Source: Camelus dromedarius
Taxonomy: Eukaryota
Assembly: GCF_036321535.1 (NCBI RefSeq)
Contig: NC_087439.1
Location: 68,882,001-68,946,000, forward strand
Direction of reading: 5' to 3'
DNA: 64,000 nt
The notes under the pieces were generated by a model that had not been told where the DNA came from, did no database searches, and saw only the letters and a program-made list of their open reading frames with translations. Both the position numbers and the translations under genes were made by a program. Positions 54,046 to 64,000 of the stretch are shown piece by piece. Positions within the stretch are counted from its first letter, which is position 1. Every line of letters begins with the position of its first letter.

Positions 54046-54407
54046 CACTGTAGACCTAATGTCCTCTCCAAGTTTCTATGTTGAGTCCTAATCCCCAATG
54101 GGATAGTATTTGGAGCCTTTAGGAGGGGATTAGGTCATGAGGGTGGGGCCCTTATGAATGGGATTAGCGCCCTTATAAAATAAACCCCAGAGATCTCCCC
54201 ACCCCTCCTGCTGTGTGAGAACACAGCAAGAATATGGTCATCTATGAATCAGGAAGTGGGCTCTTACCAGATACAGACTCTACTGGCACCTTGATCTTGT
54301 ACTTTCCAGCCTCCAGAACCAGGAGAAATAAGTTTCTGTTGTTTATAAGCCGTAATCATACCATCCCATTGTCAGTGGTATTCTAACAGCCTGAGCAGAC
54401 TAAGACA
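54046..54407 (+). mobile_element. MaLR solo LTR (MLT1A0-like)
   Basis: ttaggtcatgagggtggggcccttatgaatgggattagcgcccttataaaa..ggcaccttgatcttgtactttccagcctccagaac..gactaagaca. Confidence 0.9.
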
Positions 54408-55629
54408 GTGGTGAACAAGATATATCACACCTGTGCTCTCCTAGAGGTTACACTGTAGGGAGAGAAGATTGGATCAGTAGACTGTGGCCAACAGGGGAAT
54501 TAGTGCAAATTTTCATACCATTGTCGGTGAAAAATTTTAATAAATCTTTCTCCTGTGAGGCTGTGTCACTTCCGACATGTGGTGGCTGATACGTGTTTTT
54601 GATTCTCTCACCAATGTCATGGGTGCCTTAGTTTTACCAGTCCCATCAACATGTTATCCATTTTAAAATGTGCCACTTAATCAAGATTACTTGGGAGGAC
54701 CAGTCACAGTGCTTTTCCTATGTTTTGTCCAGGACAGAAGTGCCCGGAGTTTTAATATCACCTCACCCTCTCCCTAGCATCCCCAAGGAAACTTCTTCCA
54801 ACTCTATACAGTTGATATCATGGAGCTTTGAGCAAAACAGTCAAAATAAAATCATGCACCAAAGGTCTAGATGCCTTGTCCATTTCCAAATGGGAGCCAC
54901 TTGTGATGACTGTTGACTTGGAACATTCCTGCCGACATTAGAAAGGAAGGTAAAAAAAATTCAACTTTGGAAAGGAGGGAGTTTTGAAGATACATAAGAA
55001 TGATAGTAAAGTACCTCAGAACTTAGAGTTAAACTAAGCAAATCAACTCAAAAGGATGAGGCCAGAGTCAGTAAATGCAAACCGAGAATCAGTGCTCAGG
55101 AAGGGCTGGCTAATGAGCTTCCGGATTAAATTCCAATCAGGAGATTAGAGAATAGCAGCCCTCAAAGCCTGGTAATTAGCATGTTTAAAGCTGTGGCAAA
55201 GACAATGACATTAACATACCAAGAGAAGAAAGCGTTAACTGAAGACTCTCTCGGAGGCAGGGGGAGGGAAGGAGGAGGGGGCTGAGAATTTGGCCTGATG
55301 GTCCCTACCACTGACCAAGAAAGAGGTGCCCTCACCAGAAGATCCCAGGCATCTTGTAGGCTGGTGCTCTCCTCAGTGGGGGAAGAATATATTTCAAGCA
55401 CTCTCAGCTGAAGAACCCTTCATTAAGAAAATCTAATTCCCATTTGTTTGCACTTAATATTCACCAAGCAATCTTGTCTGTAGGTTGCATTTCCATCTGT
55501 TTGCCTCAGGGAGAAAATGTGAGATCCAAACACCACTTCGTGAAAGTCTAGTCTAAGCGGCCCCTTGAAGCCTGGTGCTTCAGTTAAGGGTGTGGTACGC
55601 AGGCTGCCTTCCGGGCTGAATTTGGGCTC

Positions 55630-55790
55630 TGCCATTTCTTACCTGTGGGATCTTGGACAACTTACTCAACCTTTATGTGTCTTAGTTTCTTTGTCTTAAA
55701 GGGAATAAATAATAGAACCTATGTACCTTTTAGGATTGTTGTGAGAATTGACATGAGATTAAAAAAAAAATTTAAAGCATTGCTTTTTGA
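55630..55790 (+). mobile_element. MIR SINE
   Basis: tgtgggatcttggacaacttactcaacctttatgtgtcttagtttctttgtcttaaaggg..ggattgttgtgagaatt. Confidence 0.75.
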
Positions 55791-57034
55791 TTTGTGCTTC
55801 AATTTTTGTGAATTCAGTTGGCGTGAGTCGGTTGCCCAAGACTTCATTATTTGGGGTCATTAAAAAGGCTTTATATCTAGACACACAGGCTAAGAACCAG
55901 TTTCAGTGCCTACTTTGTGAAAGAATCCCTGGAAATCACCTCCGGCAATATTGCCCTTCTGTTGCAGGGGCAATCGGGGAGAAAGGGTACAAGGTGGGGG
56001 TGGGAGTTTCATACCTAAGGGAAATTCCTACAACTTTATGACCAAAAGAAAACACTGCTCCGTAACTGCCAGTTTAGGGGCAATAAGGGAGTTAAATCTG
56101 GCTGTGGGGCAGCTTCCCAGCCTCTTTACCTTTCTTTTCCCCTGACCTTCATCCTGGGGGAAAATCCAGACTCAAATGAGATAGAGCCAAAAGTCCTTGG
56201 AAAAAGTACACTGTGCACATGTAAGGTTTTTATTGCTCAAATCGCTCTGCCAGGGGCTCGGGCTCTAAGGCCAAAGTCCAGCTTTTGAGGAAGTCTACTT
56301 GCAGGGGCGTGTCTGTCATCTGGTCTAACCTGCCTAGTGGCAGGAAGGAGTCGGTAAGGGCTGCCAATCCTGAGTTGGGTGCAGGGAAGCCAAAAATTAG
56401 GGGAGAATGTTAGAGTCTGGTTCAGAAAGTAACAGCGGCCCAGGCTAAGATGAAGGGTTAGATATCTGGTCAGAACAGCAGGGGTCACTGAATTTGAGCG
56501 GGAACAAGAAGCACAGGCTAAGGGTGACTCCTAAAGCAAAGTCACCCAGCACTAGAGAGGTGACGAGATGCTCTTTGCTGTGTTGCGCTTTGAGTCCACC
56601 TTTTAGAAAGGTGATGGATGCTGCATCCACAGATGTACCTCCACATCCATAAATTTTATAAATGAACTCTGAACTGGCGCCATCAACCCACTCTCTCCAA
56701 ATTTCCCGCGAAAAGTTGCAAATCTAGCAGCAGAGTTTATATTTGGGATACTGTAAGCTCAACTTCTTCCACAACGTTCTGTTTACCCCAGCTGAACTTG
56801 GAATTTTGGATAACACCATCACTTTTCTTGAAAGAGTCTCCAACCAAATCACTCTGTATCCAGACCCGGATCTCCACTGCTTTTCCCAATGATCTTGCCG
56901 TTGTGCAGCTACCTCTGCTCTTTGCACACCAGCCATCTGCTTATTTCACCCTCTCTGCATTCCTGCAGCTGTGGTATTCTCACCTTAAACACCAAACCAG
57001 TCAGGGGCCTGGCAGGAGACAGATGGTGCCCTCA

Positions 57035-57497
57035 CAGCTTTAACTGAAAAGAGTTAATGCAGGGACAACATGCAGATGTGGGCAGAGTGAAGGGAAACAC
57101 CAGGGACGGTGTTGAGAGATTAGCAAGCACAAAGCCTAGAGGCACAAGGCCTGAAGATGCAAGAGGACAGGGCATCTACCAGAGCCGAGAGAGCGAGCCA
57201 GGGCTGTGGGAAGGAGCGGCACGGCGGCGTGTGTGGCCACAGGTGAAGCAGCACAGCCGCTGCCCAACGTGCTTCCTTCTAAAGATGCGCGACGCGCCGG
57301 AGAGCAGGGAGAATGGCTAGCCCAACCTCTCTCTTCTCCTATTTGCCAGTCTTTGGCCAGAGCCTCTTATTGGTCAAATTCAACTTGAAACCATGGGCAA
57401 GAATATCTTAGTGATGCAGTCCACGGAGGTTGGCTTCTCCTGGGGCACAGAGTAGGGATGACGAAGAGTCTAGAAAGGCAGAGAATATTCAGCATAA
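57035..57497 (-). mobile_element. ERVL-class LTR (LTR40/41-like)
   Basis: ctcttattggtcaaattcaacttgaaaccatgggcaagaat..tgatgcagtccacggaggttggcttctcctggggcacagagtaggg..gaatattcagcata matches the reverse-complemented LTR41-type 5' end. Confidence 0.6.
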
Positions 57498-58589
57498 ACA
57501 TACTCCTCGACTGTTTTTTAAGATAACATTGATTGGTTCTATTTACCTTGACCATAAAAGCAATATATGTTCATAGAAAAATTTAAAAATATAGGTAAAA
57601 ATACATGTAAGAAAATAAGAGTAACCCATAATTCTGTTCCGCAAAGCTAACCGCTATTAAGCTACTATTAGTATAGTTATGGGTTCTACTTTTTTATATT
57701 TAACAAGATACCATGAACATTCCCCTATATTACCAAACATTATGTGAAAACATTATATTTTTTAGTGACTGCATAGATTGCCATCTTCTGGATTCACCAA
57801 GATTTGGGTACCCCTTCCACTAATGTTAACATTTAGATGATTTCTAATTTTTACACTATCATGCACAGCATTGAAATGACTACACTCATATCTCAATCTG
57901 ATTATTTTCAGAGAAGAGAGTCTTAGGAGTGGAATTGCTGACTATTACATTTCATCAGCATTTCAGGGCTCTTTCTGCATATTGTCAAACACACTCAGCC
58001 AGCAGCATATAGATATGGCCCCAAGCCCTGGGCTCCTAAAGAGAGTCAGTCTAACATTTAACTTTGCTTGCTGCAGTCAGGTAGAAGAATGGGGATTAAC
58101 TATACAATAGCAGAGTTATCAATAATGCGGCAGGAGGCCAGAGGAAGATATGCCGATTATGAAAGAGAGAGTAACAAGGAGGCAAGGGGACGTATGATTT
58201 TGTATCTCTAGGACCGGGCACATCACCCAGCACAAAGAAATGCTCATTAAGATTCTTGAACAAAGGAATCCAAAGTTTCTAGCTTGCACACTGGTTGGTG
58301 GGGATGGAGAGAAAATGGAGAGGAAAACAAAAATCCACCCTGGCTTATCCTGTGAACAGTGCCGGCCCTCCTAGAACTGAGGCACTGAGTGAGCAGAAGT
58401 CAGTCTTGGGCAGCAGTGCTGACTGCACCTAGGTGCCCAGGACCACTCTTGAATCCCTGCACCCTGCTTTTATTTCCCTTGCTCTCCAATCTCTCCTTCT
58501 TTAGCTCTTGGTGTTTGCATCTGGATCTCCACCCTGTTTGGATGATCAGTTTAGACAGCCCTCTTTGGGCTTGCATTGCAACTGAGCAC

Positions 58590-59230
58590 ACCGGGTGGCT
58601 AGCCAAAATACCTGAGCTTGAATCCCAGCTCTACCACTTACTAGTTATGTGATCTTAGACCAGCTATTTAAATTCCTTGGGCTTCAATTTCCTCATGTGC
58701 AAATGGGGTTACTTAGTTGGCTCAAAACAACACAAATTTCTTATTTTACAGCCTGAAGGTCAGAAGTCTGAAATGGTTCTTAAAATCAATTCCTTCTGGA
58801 GATGCTAGGTGAAAACCCCTCCCTTGTCCTTTGCAGCTTCTGGAGGCAGTCCACATTCCTTGGCTCACGGCTGCCTCACTTCCACCTCTACTTCCATCTT
58901 CACATCCTCTTCACTGACTGAACCTCCTGCCTACCTCTCCTAAAGGACACCCTGATTATGTTGAGCTCATTCAGATAATTCGGGATAATCTTCCTGTCAC
59001 AAAATCCTTGACTTAATCACATCTGCAAAGTTCATTTTGCCACGGAAGGTAATGTAGTCACAGGTTCTGGGGATTAAGACACGAGCATCTTTAGGGAGCC
59101 GTTATTTTTCCTTTATCACCACGTCATATGGTTGTTGTGAAATCACTAAAGATAATAAATAAATATGTTATCTATGAAAACTACCTAACACAGTGCCTGA
59201 AATATAAGAAACAGACAATAAATGTTGCTC
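58590..59230 (+). mobile_element. MIR SINE split by an MLT1D LTR
   Basis: Left half gcttgaatcccagctctaccacttactagttatgtgatcttag..ttcctcatgtgcaaatgggg; right half tcatatggttgttgtgaaatc..cacagtgcctgaaatataag..aataaatgttgct. Confidence 0.8.
58712..59123 (-). mobile_element. MaLR LTR (MLT1D-like), one end truncated
   Basis: ggctcaaaacaacacaaatttcttattttacag..aggtcagaagtctgaaat..cttaatcacatctgcaaag..gtcacaggttctggggattaag..tcaccacg. Confidence 0.85.
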
Positions 59231-59399
59231 TAAGTTTTACTAACCCTTTCCCCTCCTCCCTTCCCATCCCTCATGCTGTAGACTCTTTTAAGTTGTTCGT
59301 TTTACCCAAACTCTTCCTCTCCTCTTTTCTGGGGAGAAATTTTATAAACAAAGGAGAAGGATTTGATACAGGGGAATTAATGAGTACTGTTTTGAATGT

Positions 59400-60700
59400 G
59401 TTGAGTTGCAGGCCAAATGATGGCCACATTTAGTAGGCAACCAAGAAGATAATATCTGGGCACTGGATATAGATTTTGGAATCATGGCATAGTTGAATTC
59501 ACTGAATTTGATGTAACTGGTAAGAGAAGACACATAAGAAAGAAGGAAGACTGAAGATGGATCCTGAAGAGAATCAACATTTAAAGAGAAGGAGGAAGGA
59601 GAGGATTCGCCAAGGAATCTGTAAACAAATGGATGGAGAAATACAAAAAGTTCACGAAGAAGGAAGCACCTCTAAGGCTAATGTAGGAGAGGATTCCAAT
59701 GAGGAGAGGTGTAGTGACAAATTCTAACTGGGACCAAAAAGGTGAGGACTGAACTTGGCAAGTAAGTTAGTAGTGGTCTTTTTTGTTTTTTTTTTAATTT
59801 TATTTTATTGAGGTATAGTCAGTTTACAATGTTGTGTCAATTTCAGTGTAGAGCATGGTGAAAAAGAATGCGACAGTGAATATATGTATGTTTATGTATA
59901 ACTGAAAAAGTAGTGGTCTTTTAAAGTAGGTATCAGGTAAGCAGTAGATACATAAACCAGCTTTTAGCTGTCATCCATATTTGTTGCATGTTTCAGTGAA
60001 GTGCAGGAGTGAATGGTTGGTGAGGAAAGGAGAAAGTGAGGCTTCATAAAATGTTAATGAGAAAGACAGGGTGGCAGCTTAAGTGATCATGGGCAAGGGC
60101 ATGTTTGCTTTTAAGGTGAAGACGACTTACCATATTTGTGGGTCTTGGTGAAGAATCCAATAGCAAAGCAGGTATTGTTGACACAAGCTTGGAGTACTAA
60201 TTCAGGAAGCAAATTCTTTAGAGCAGTTGGGTAGAAGGTAGATTAAGCAAACAATGGTCAGGTAAGGACAGATAAAATGATGGATAAGTCTGAATATAAA
60301 AGGGGAGGATTTTAGGGAAGTGCCTGCCTGACTGCTTCTCTTTTTCTGTGAGGTTAGAGGTGAGGTTGTCTATTCAGAATCAGGATGGCAGCAGGAAGGG
60401 TAGGTGGTAGGTGGCTTTGAGTTTGAAAGAGCTACTATTGTGAATAAAAATGTGAATTAACTAGGATCACCTGAAGATTGCTAAGCATGAATGAGTAGGG
60501 ACTCAGCGTGGTTCAGAAACTATGCATTTCCAATGTAGTCCATCAACCTGGTTATACAGTTGTCTCTGACAGTAATCTGAGGATTAGCAAGGTGAGTGGG
60601 AGAGAGGATTGGGGGTGGGGAGGACGACCAGAGAACAGAGGATCTTGGAAGAGTGTAGTTAACATGAGGAACAATGGGATCCAGTTATTCACCATCAAAG
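59400..60700 (-). mobile_element. L2 fragments (discontinuous)
   Basis: tgagttgcaggcc..ggatatagattttggaatcatggcatagttgaattcactgaatttgatg and a long purine-rich L2 body. Confidence 0.6.
59783..59908 (-). mobile_element. 126-bp L1 3'-end insertion with 5' inversion (twin priming), camelid L1
   Basis: 14-bp TSD AGTAGTGGTCTTTT at 59769-59782 and 59909-59922. Poly(T) abuts the left TSD. 59783-59856 is antisense L1 terminus and 59855-59908 is sense L1 3' UTR. Confidence 0.9.
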
Positions 60701-61500
60701 TCCATTGACCGCCAACACTGTTCCTGAATCTCCTAATTGTTGGTAGCCTTCAACTTAACTTGACCTCAGACACCTAATCTCGCATCTGCACCCTAGACCT
60801 CCACTTTATTTACAACTGTTCCATCTCAAGGCTCTTAGATTCTGAGATGCTCTTCTAACCATGATTCATACCCTTCACCCCTCCTACTCATTTTTTCCAT
60901 TAAAATTTTCTCTTTGTTGTCACCTGGACCCTCAGTCTTTCAGCTTCTCTTTTTTTCTTTGAATTAATATACTTTCTTGGCTAGCTTATAGTCTGTGTTT
61001 AATTTTTGCTTATTTCCAGTCTCATATTTATGTGAACAAGGGGAAATTGGCATCCTTTTTATTCCTCATGTCTCCCTCCTACAGAAAATGGACAGATCGG
61101 GAATGAATGTCTGGATTGCAGCTGTTTGGGGAGCTTTCTACTATTTGAGAAACTCGTGGTCCTAGAAGACTAGTTAAATTCTGAAGCAATTCCCAGTTTG
61201 AACCTGTTCTTGAGTGGGCCCAGCTTGGGCCTTGGGGTGAGCAGGTGGAAATGAAGTCCTGGTTCTGATTAAGAGCACACCCTCACTCATTCCCAGCCTT
61301 CGACTTCCTGAAGCTTGACTTCTGCTTGACTAATTTTTATTCATGACTCTTCTCTGCTGGGAGAACCAAATCGCCTTCTAGCAGCTGAAAAGTGAGGTAT
61401 TATTTTACTGGGACTCAGTACTAAGTCAGCTCCAGGGAGTGTGATTTATTTTGCATTCTGAGGCACTACAGAGCATGAGAGCACAGTGGGCGCTAATCTG

Positions 61501-61529
<29 letters not shown>
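61501..61529 (+). repeat. A29 homopolymer
   Basis: Directly visible. Confidence 0.95.
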
Positions 61530-61534
<5 letters not shown>

Positions 61535-61719
61535 CTTGGTAAATTATTGACATTCATTTGCAAAACTCATTCAACCTAACCCAACTTATCATTCTCATAT
61601 ATTCAATTTTCTATGACAGAAAATGTTCGTCCTATTTGATAGTAGTTTGGGTTCTGAAGATAAGAAAAGCATGGTCTTTTGTTATTTATATAGGGAAGGA
61701 GGATGTTATAGAAAACTAG

Positions 61720-61880
61720 ATAAGTGTGAGTATAAATCTGGTTTCTTTGTATGATCATGAACAAGTTACTGCGTATCTCTGGCTCTCTGTTTAGTTTTGT
61801 AAAATGGGAATACATCTACCTACTACATATGATTCTTGTTAGGATTAAATGCGACAGGGTTCTAAAGTACCCAGGATGGT
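61720..61880 (+). mobile_element. MIR SINE
   Basis: atgatcatgaacaagttactgcgtatctctggctctctgtttagttttgtaaaatgggaatac..gttaggattaaatg. Confidence 0.8.
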
Positions 61881-63004
61881 GCCCGGTAGCACTTCTGATG
61901 GATTGTGTGCTGTTGACTCATCAACGCCACCATCACTCCCTTCAAAGTCTGGGAACTGCCCTTCCCAGACCCTCCTCCCCAGGTGGTTCTGGATTCTAGT
62001 GGGTCAGTGAGGATCAGACATGGCTGCACTCTCCATGTGGCTCTTTGTAGACTTCTTAAAGATTCTATACTGTAGGTCATGGTTCTGCTTTGGTGGCTAG
62101 ATGCTCATGACTTCTAGACTCTCCTGAGAGCCCTGACTGTGCCACCCATGCTAGTGCTTCAGGGAGGTGGTTTGTGACCGTCTCTTGAGTCCCCCAGTTG
62201 CAGGCTTCCAGCCCCTCTTTGCCGCAGCTGGGGGTGGCTCTGTTTTCTTGAACCAGTCCTAGAATGGTGCAGTACCAGAATATCTCTGTGGAAGTCATCC
62301 CTATAATTATACAACTTGGGTTTGGAAATAATTTGACTGAAACATTGACTCTTTGCTTTTTTTAAAAGTTATTTTGGTTCTATTTCTCCACAATGCCCCA
62401 GACTGCCTTACTAATGTTTGAAGGAAGATTTTACACCCTGACAAAATGAGTTTTATATTTGTTTATCTATTTCTGAAAAACCTTAAATGCCTAATAATTA
62501 TTTTTAAAACTGGACTTCATTGGTATTTTATGAGCCTCTTCAATTTATCTGACAAACTGAAATTTACTACTATCACCATTACTAGTCTGTGTTATTATCC
62601 CAATGTGTTCCTCCCTCTATGATTTACTGAGGATGGATCTCCTGTTAAGAGGTTAACACTTAGTTTTTCATGTATTTCTCCACAAATTATTCTGCTGCAT
62701 ACACATGCTAAAGCTATAATTCATGAATGAGAGTTAATGACATGGTCACTCAATTTATTTTCTAATTGCATGGGTAATTTTTTAGATTGATTTTGTTTAA
62801 TAGCGTGAATTAGTTATTTTTAGGAATGTTTGCTCTTGTCCAATCTCCCTACTGGACAATCTAGAAAGCTGGGGTCTCAGAAGCTGGGCCAGGGAGGGCT
62901 ACGAACTGGGGTAGGCATGGGATAAAGGGGAGCTGAAGGCTGATTTCTAGGCTGAGATGGAAAGCAGATCAGAAAACTAAGGCTTCGGGGATAAGTGGAG
63001 AGCA

Positions 63005-63125
63005 AGATGATAACAGCTGATGTTTACTGAGCTCTTGTGTCTCAGCCCCTGTTCTAAGTCTTTACCTATATTATTTGCTTAGTCCTCAATCCAGAATCCT
63101 AGGATGTAGCATTATTATTAAACTC
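63005..63125 (-). mobile_element. MIR fragment
   Basis: tttactgagctcttgtgtctcagcccctgttctaagtctttacctatattatttgcttagtcctca. Confidence 0.7.
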
Positions 63126-63127
63126 CT

Positions 63128-63425
63128 GTATCAATAGGTATCCCAGCAGGATACAAAAAGCATGAGGAGGCAGGATCATAAAGACAACTTAGTGAAGAGA
63201 CTGTTTACAGGTATGTGCAGGGTTATGGGAACCAATAGGGATGCCCGGGTACCAGACACTAGCAAAAGGGTGAGTAGCTGTAGGTCTAGAGGAGAAAGGG
63301 GGGGAACAGTGTTATTGGAGCCAGCGATCACTAGCACTATGACGGAAGCGCCATTGCCAAAGCTGGTCTCGGAGTCCTGTGGCCACTGTCAGATCTGCAG
63401 TACTGAGAGGCAAGAGAGGAGTAAG
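63128..63425 (-). mobile_element. ERVL-class LTR fragment, related to 57035-57497, truncated by the adjacent L1
   Basis: Begins tgtatcaataggtatcccagcagga (typical reverse LTR end). Shares gtgaagagactgtttacagg..gtgcagggttatgggaacca..ggtctagagg motifs with 57040-57170. Confidence 0.5.
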
Positions 63426-63440
63426 AAATATTCCAACTCT

Positions 63441-64000
63441 CAAACAGTGTTAAAATTCCTTAAAAAACTAAAAATAGAGTTACTATATGATCCAGTAATC
63501 CTACTCTTGGGCATATTTCTGGTGGGAACTCTAATCCAAAAAGATCCATGCACCCCAATGTTCANNNNNNNNNNNNNNNNNNNNNNNNNNNNNNNNNNNN
63601 NNNNNNNNNNNNNNNNNNNNNNNNNNNNNNNNNNNNNNNNNNNNNNNNNNNNNNNNNNNNNNNNNNNNNNNNNNNNNNNNNNNNNNNNNNNNNNNNNNNN
63701 NNNNNNNNNNNNNNNNNNNNNNNNNNNNNNNNNNNNNNNNNNNNNNNNNNNNNNNNNNNNNNNNNNNNNNNNNNNNNNNNNNNNNNNNNNNNNNNNNNNN
63801 NNNNNNNNNNNNNNNNNNNNNATTTACAAAACAGAAATGGACTCAGACACAGAAAACAAAGTTACAAGAGGGGAGGGGTAAATCAGGAGTTTGGGATTAG
63901 TAGGTAAAAACTACTGTATAGAAAATAGATAAACAACAAGTTCTTACTGTATAGCACAGAGAACAATATTCAATAACTTGTAAAAACCTGTAATGAAAAA
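63441..64000 (+). mobile_element. Lineage-specific (cetartiodactyl/camelid) L1: ORF2 C-terminal relic plus 3' UTR, 5'-truncated, runs off the window
   Basis: Translation KFLKKLKIELLYDPVILLLGIF..IQKDPCTPMF matches the L1 ORF2p C-terminus (KIELPYDPAIPLLGIY..DTCTPMF). 3' UTR aaaatagataaacaacaagttcttactgtatagcacagagaacaatattcaataacttg. Confidence 0.92.
63565..63820. other. Assembly gap (N-run) inside L1
   Basis: Run of N directly visible. Confidence 1.

Noticed and set aside
63162-63881. 239-aa ORF
   Set aside because: Chimera of an LTR fragment, an L1 ORF2 C-terminal relic and X residues from the N-gap.

Overview
Mammalian genomic DNA, most likely a camelid (alpaca or camel), judged from a Vic-type tRNA-derived SINE and camelid-type L1 3' ends; this is recall of family consensus, not a database search. 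The only supportable protein-coding sequence is the first coding exon of PARD3B (Par-3 family polarity regulator beta) on the minus strand: ATG at 43299, 40 codons, GT donor at 43179, inside a CpG island (~43030-44170). Bases 1-43179 are the 5' part of its very long first intron (exon 2 was not found) and ~44200-64000 is upstream intergenic DNA. The rest is a dense transposon fossil record: MIR, L2, old and lineage-specific L1, MaLR/ERVL/ERV1 solo LTRs, hAT-Charlie and Tigger elements, plus microsatellites and four N-gaps. I found no prokaryote-type system, CRISPR array, rRNA or genuine tRNA gene, and nothing I can call a demonstrated new biological system. The best observations are (1) a 126-bp twin-primed (5'-inverted) L1 insertion whose 14-bp TSD, endonuclease site and inversion can be checked against another L1 copy in the window; (2) a near-full-length fossil Charlie1 hAT transposon carrying two nested insertions; (3) an uAUG-free ~540-nt PARD3B 5' leader with a canonical (GGGCCA)n G-quadruplex repeat, a (GCC)6 tract and an open in-frame CUG extension; (4) CpG-retaining patches and a double E2F motif that may be regulatory. 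Repeat subfamily names and most repeat boundaries are approximate and by eye.
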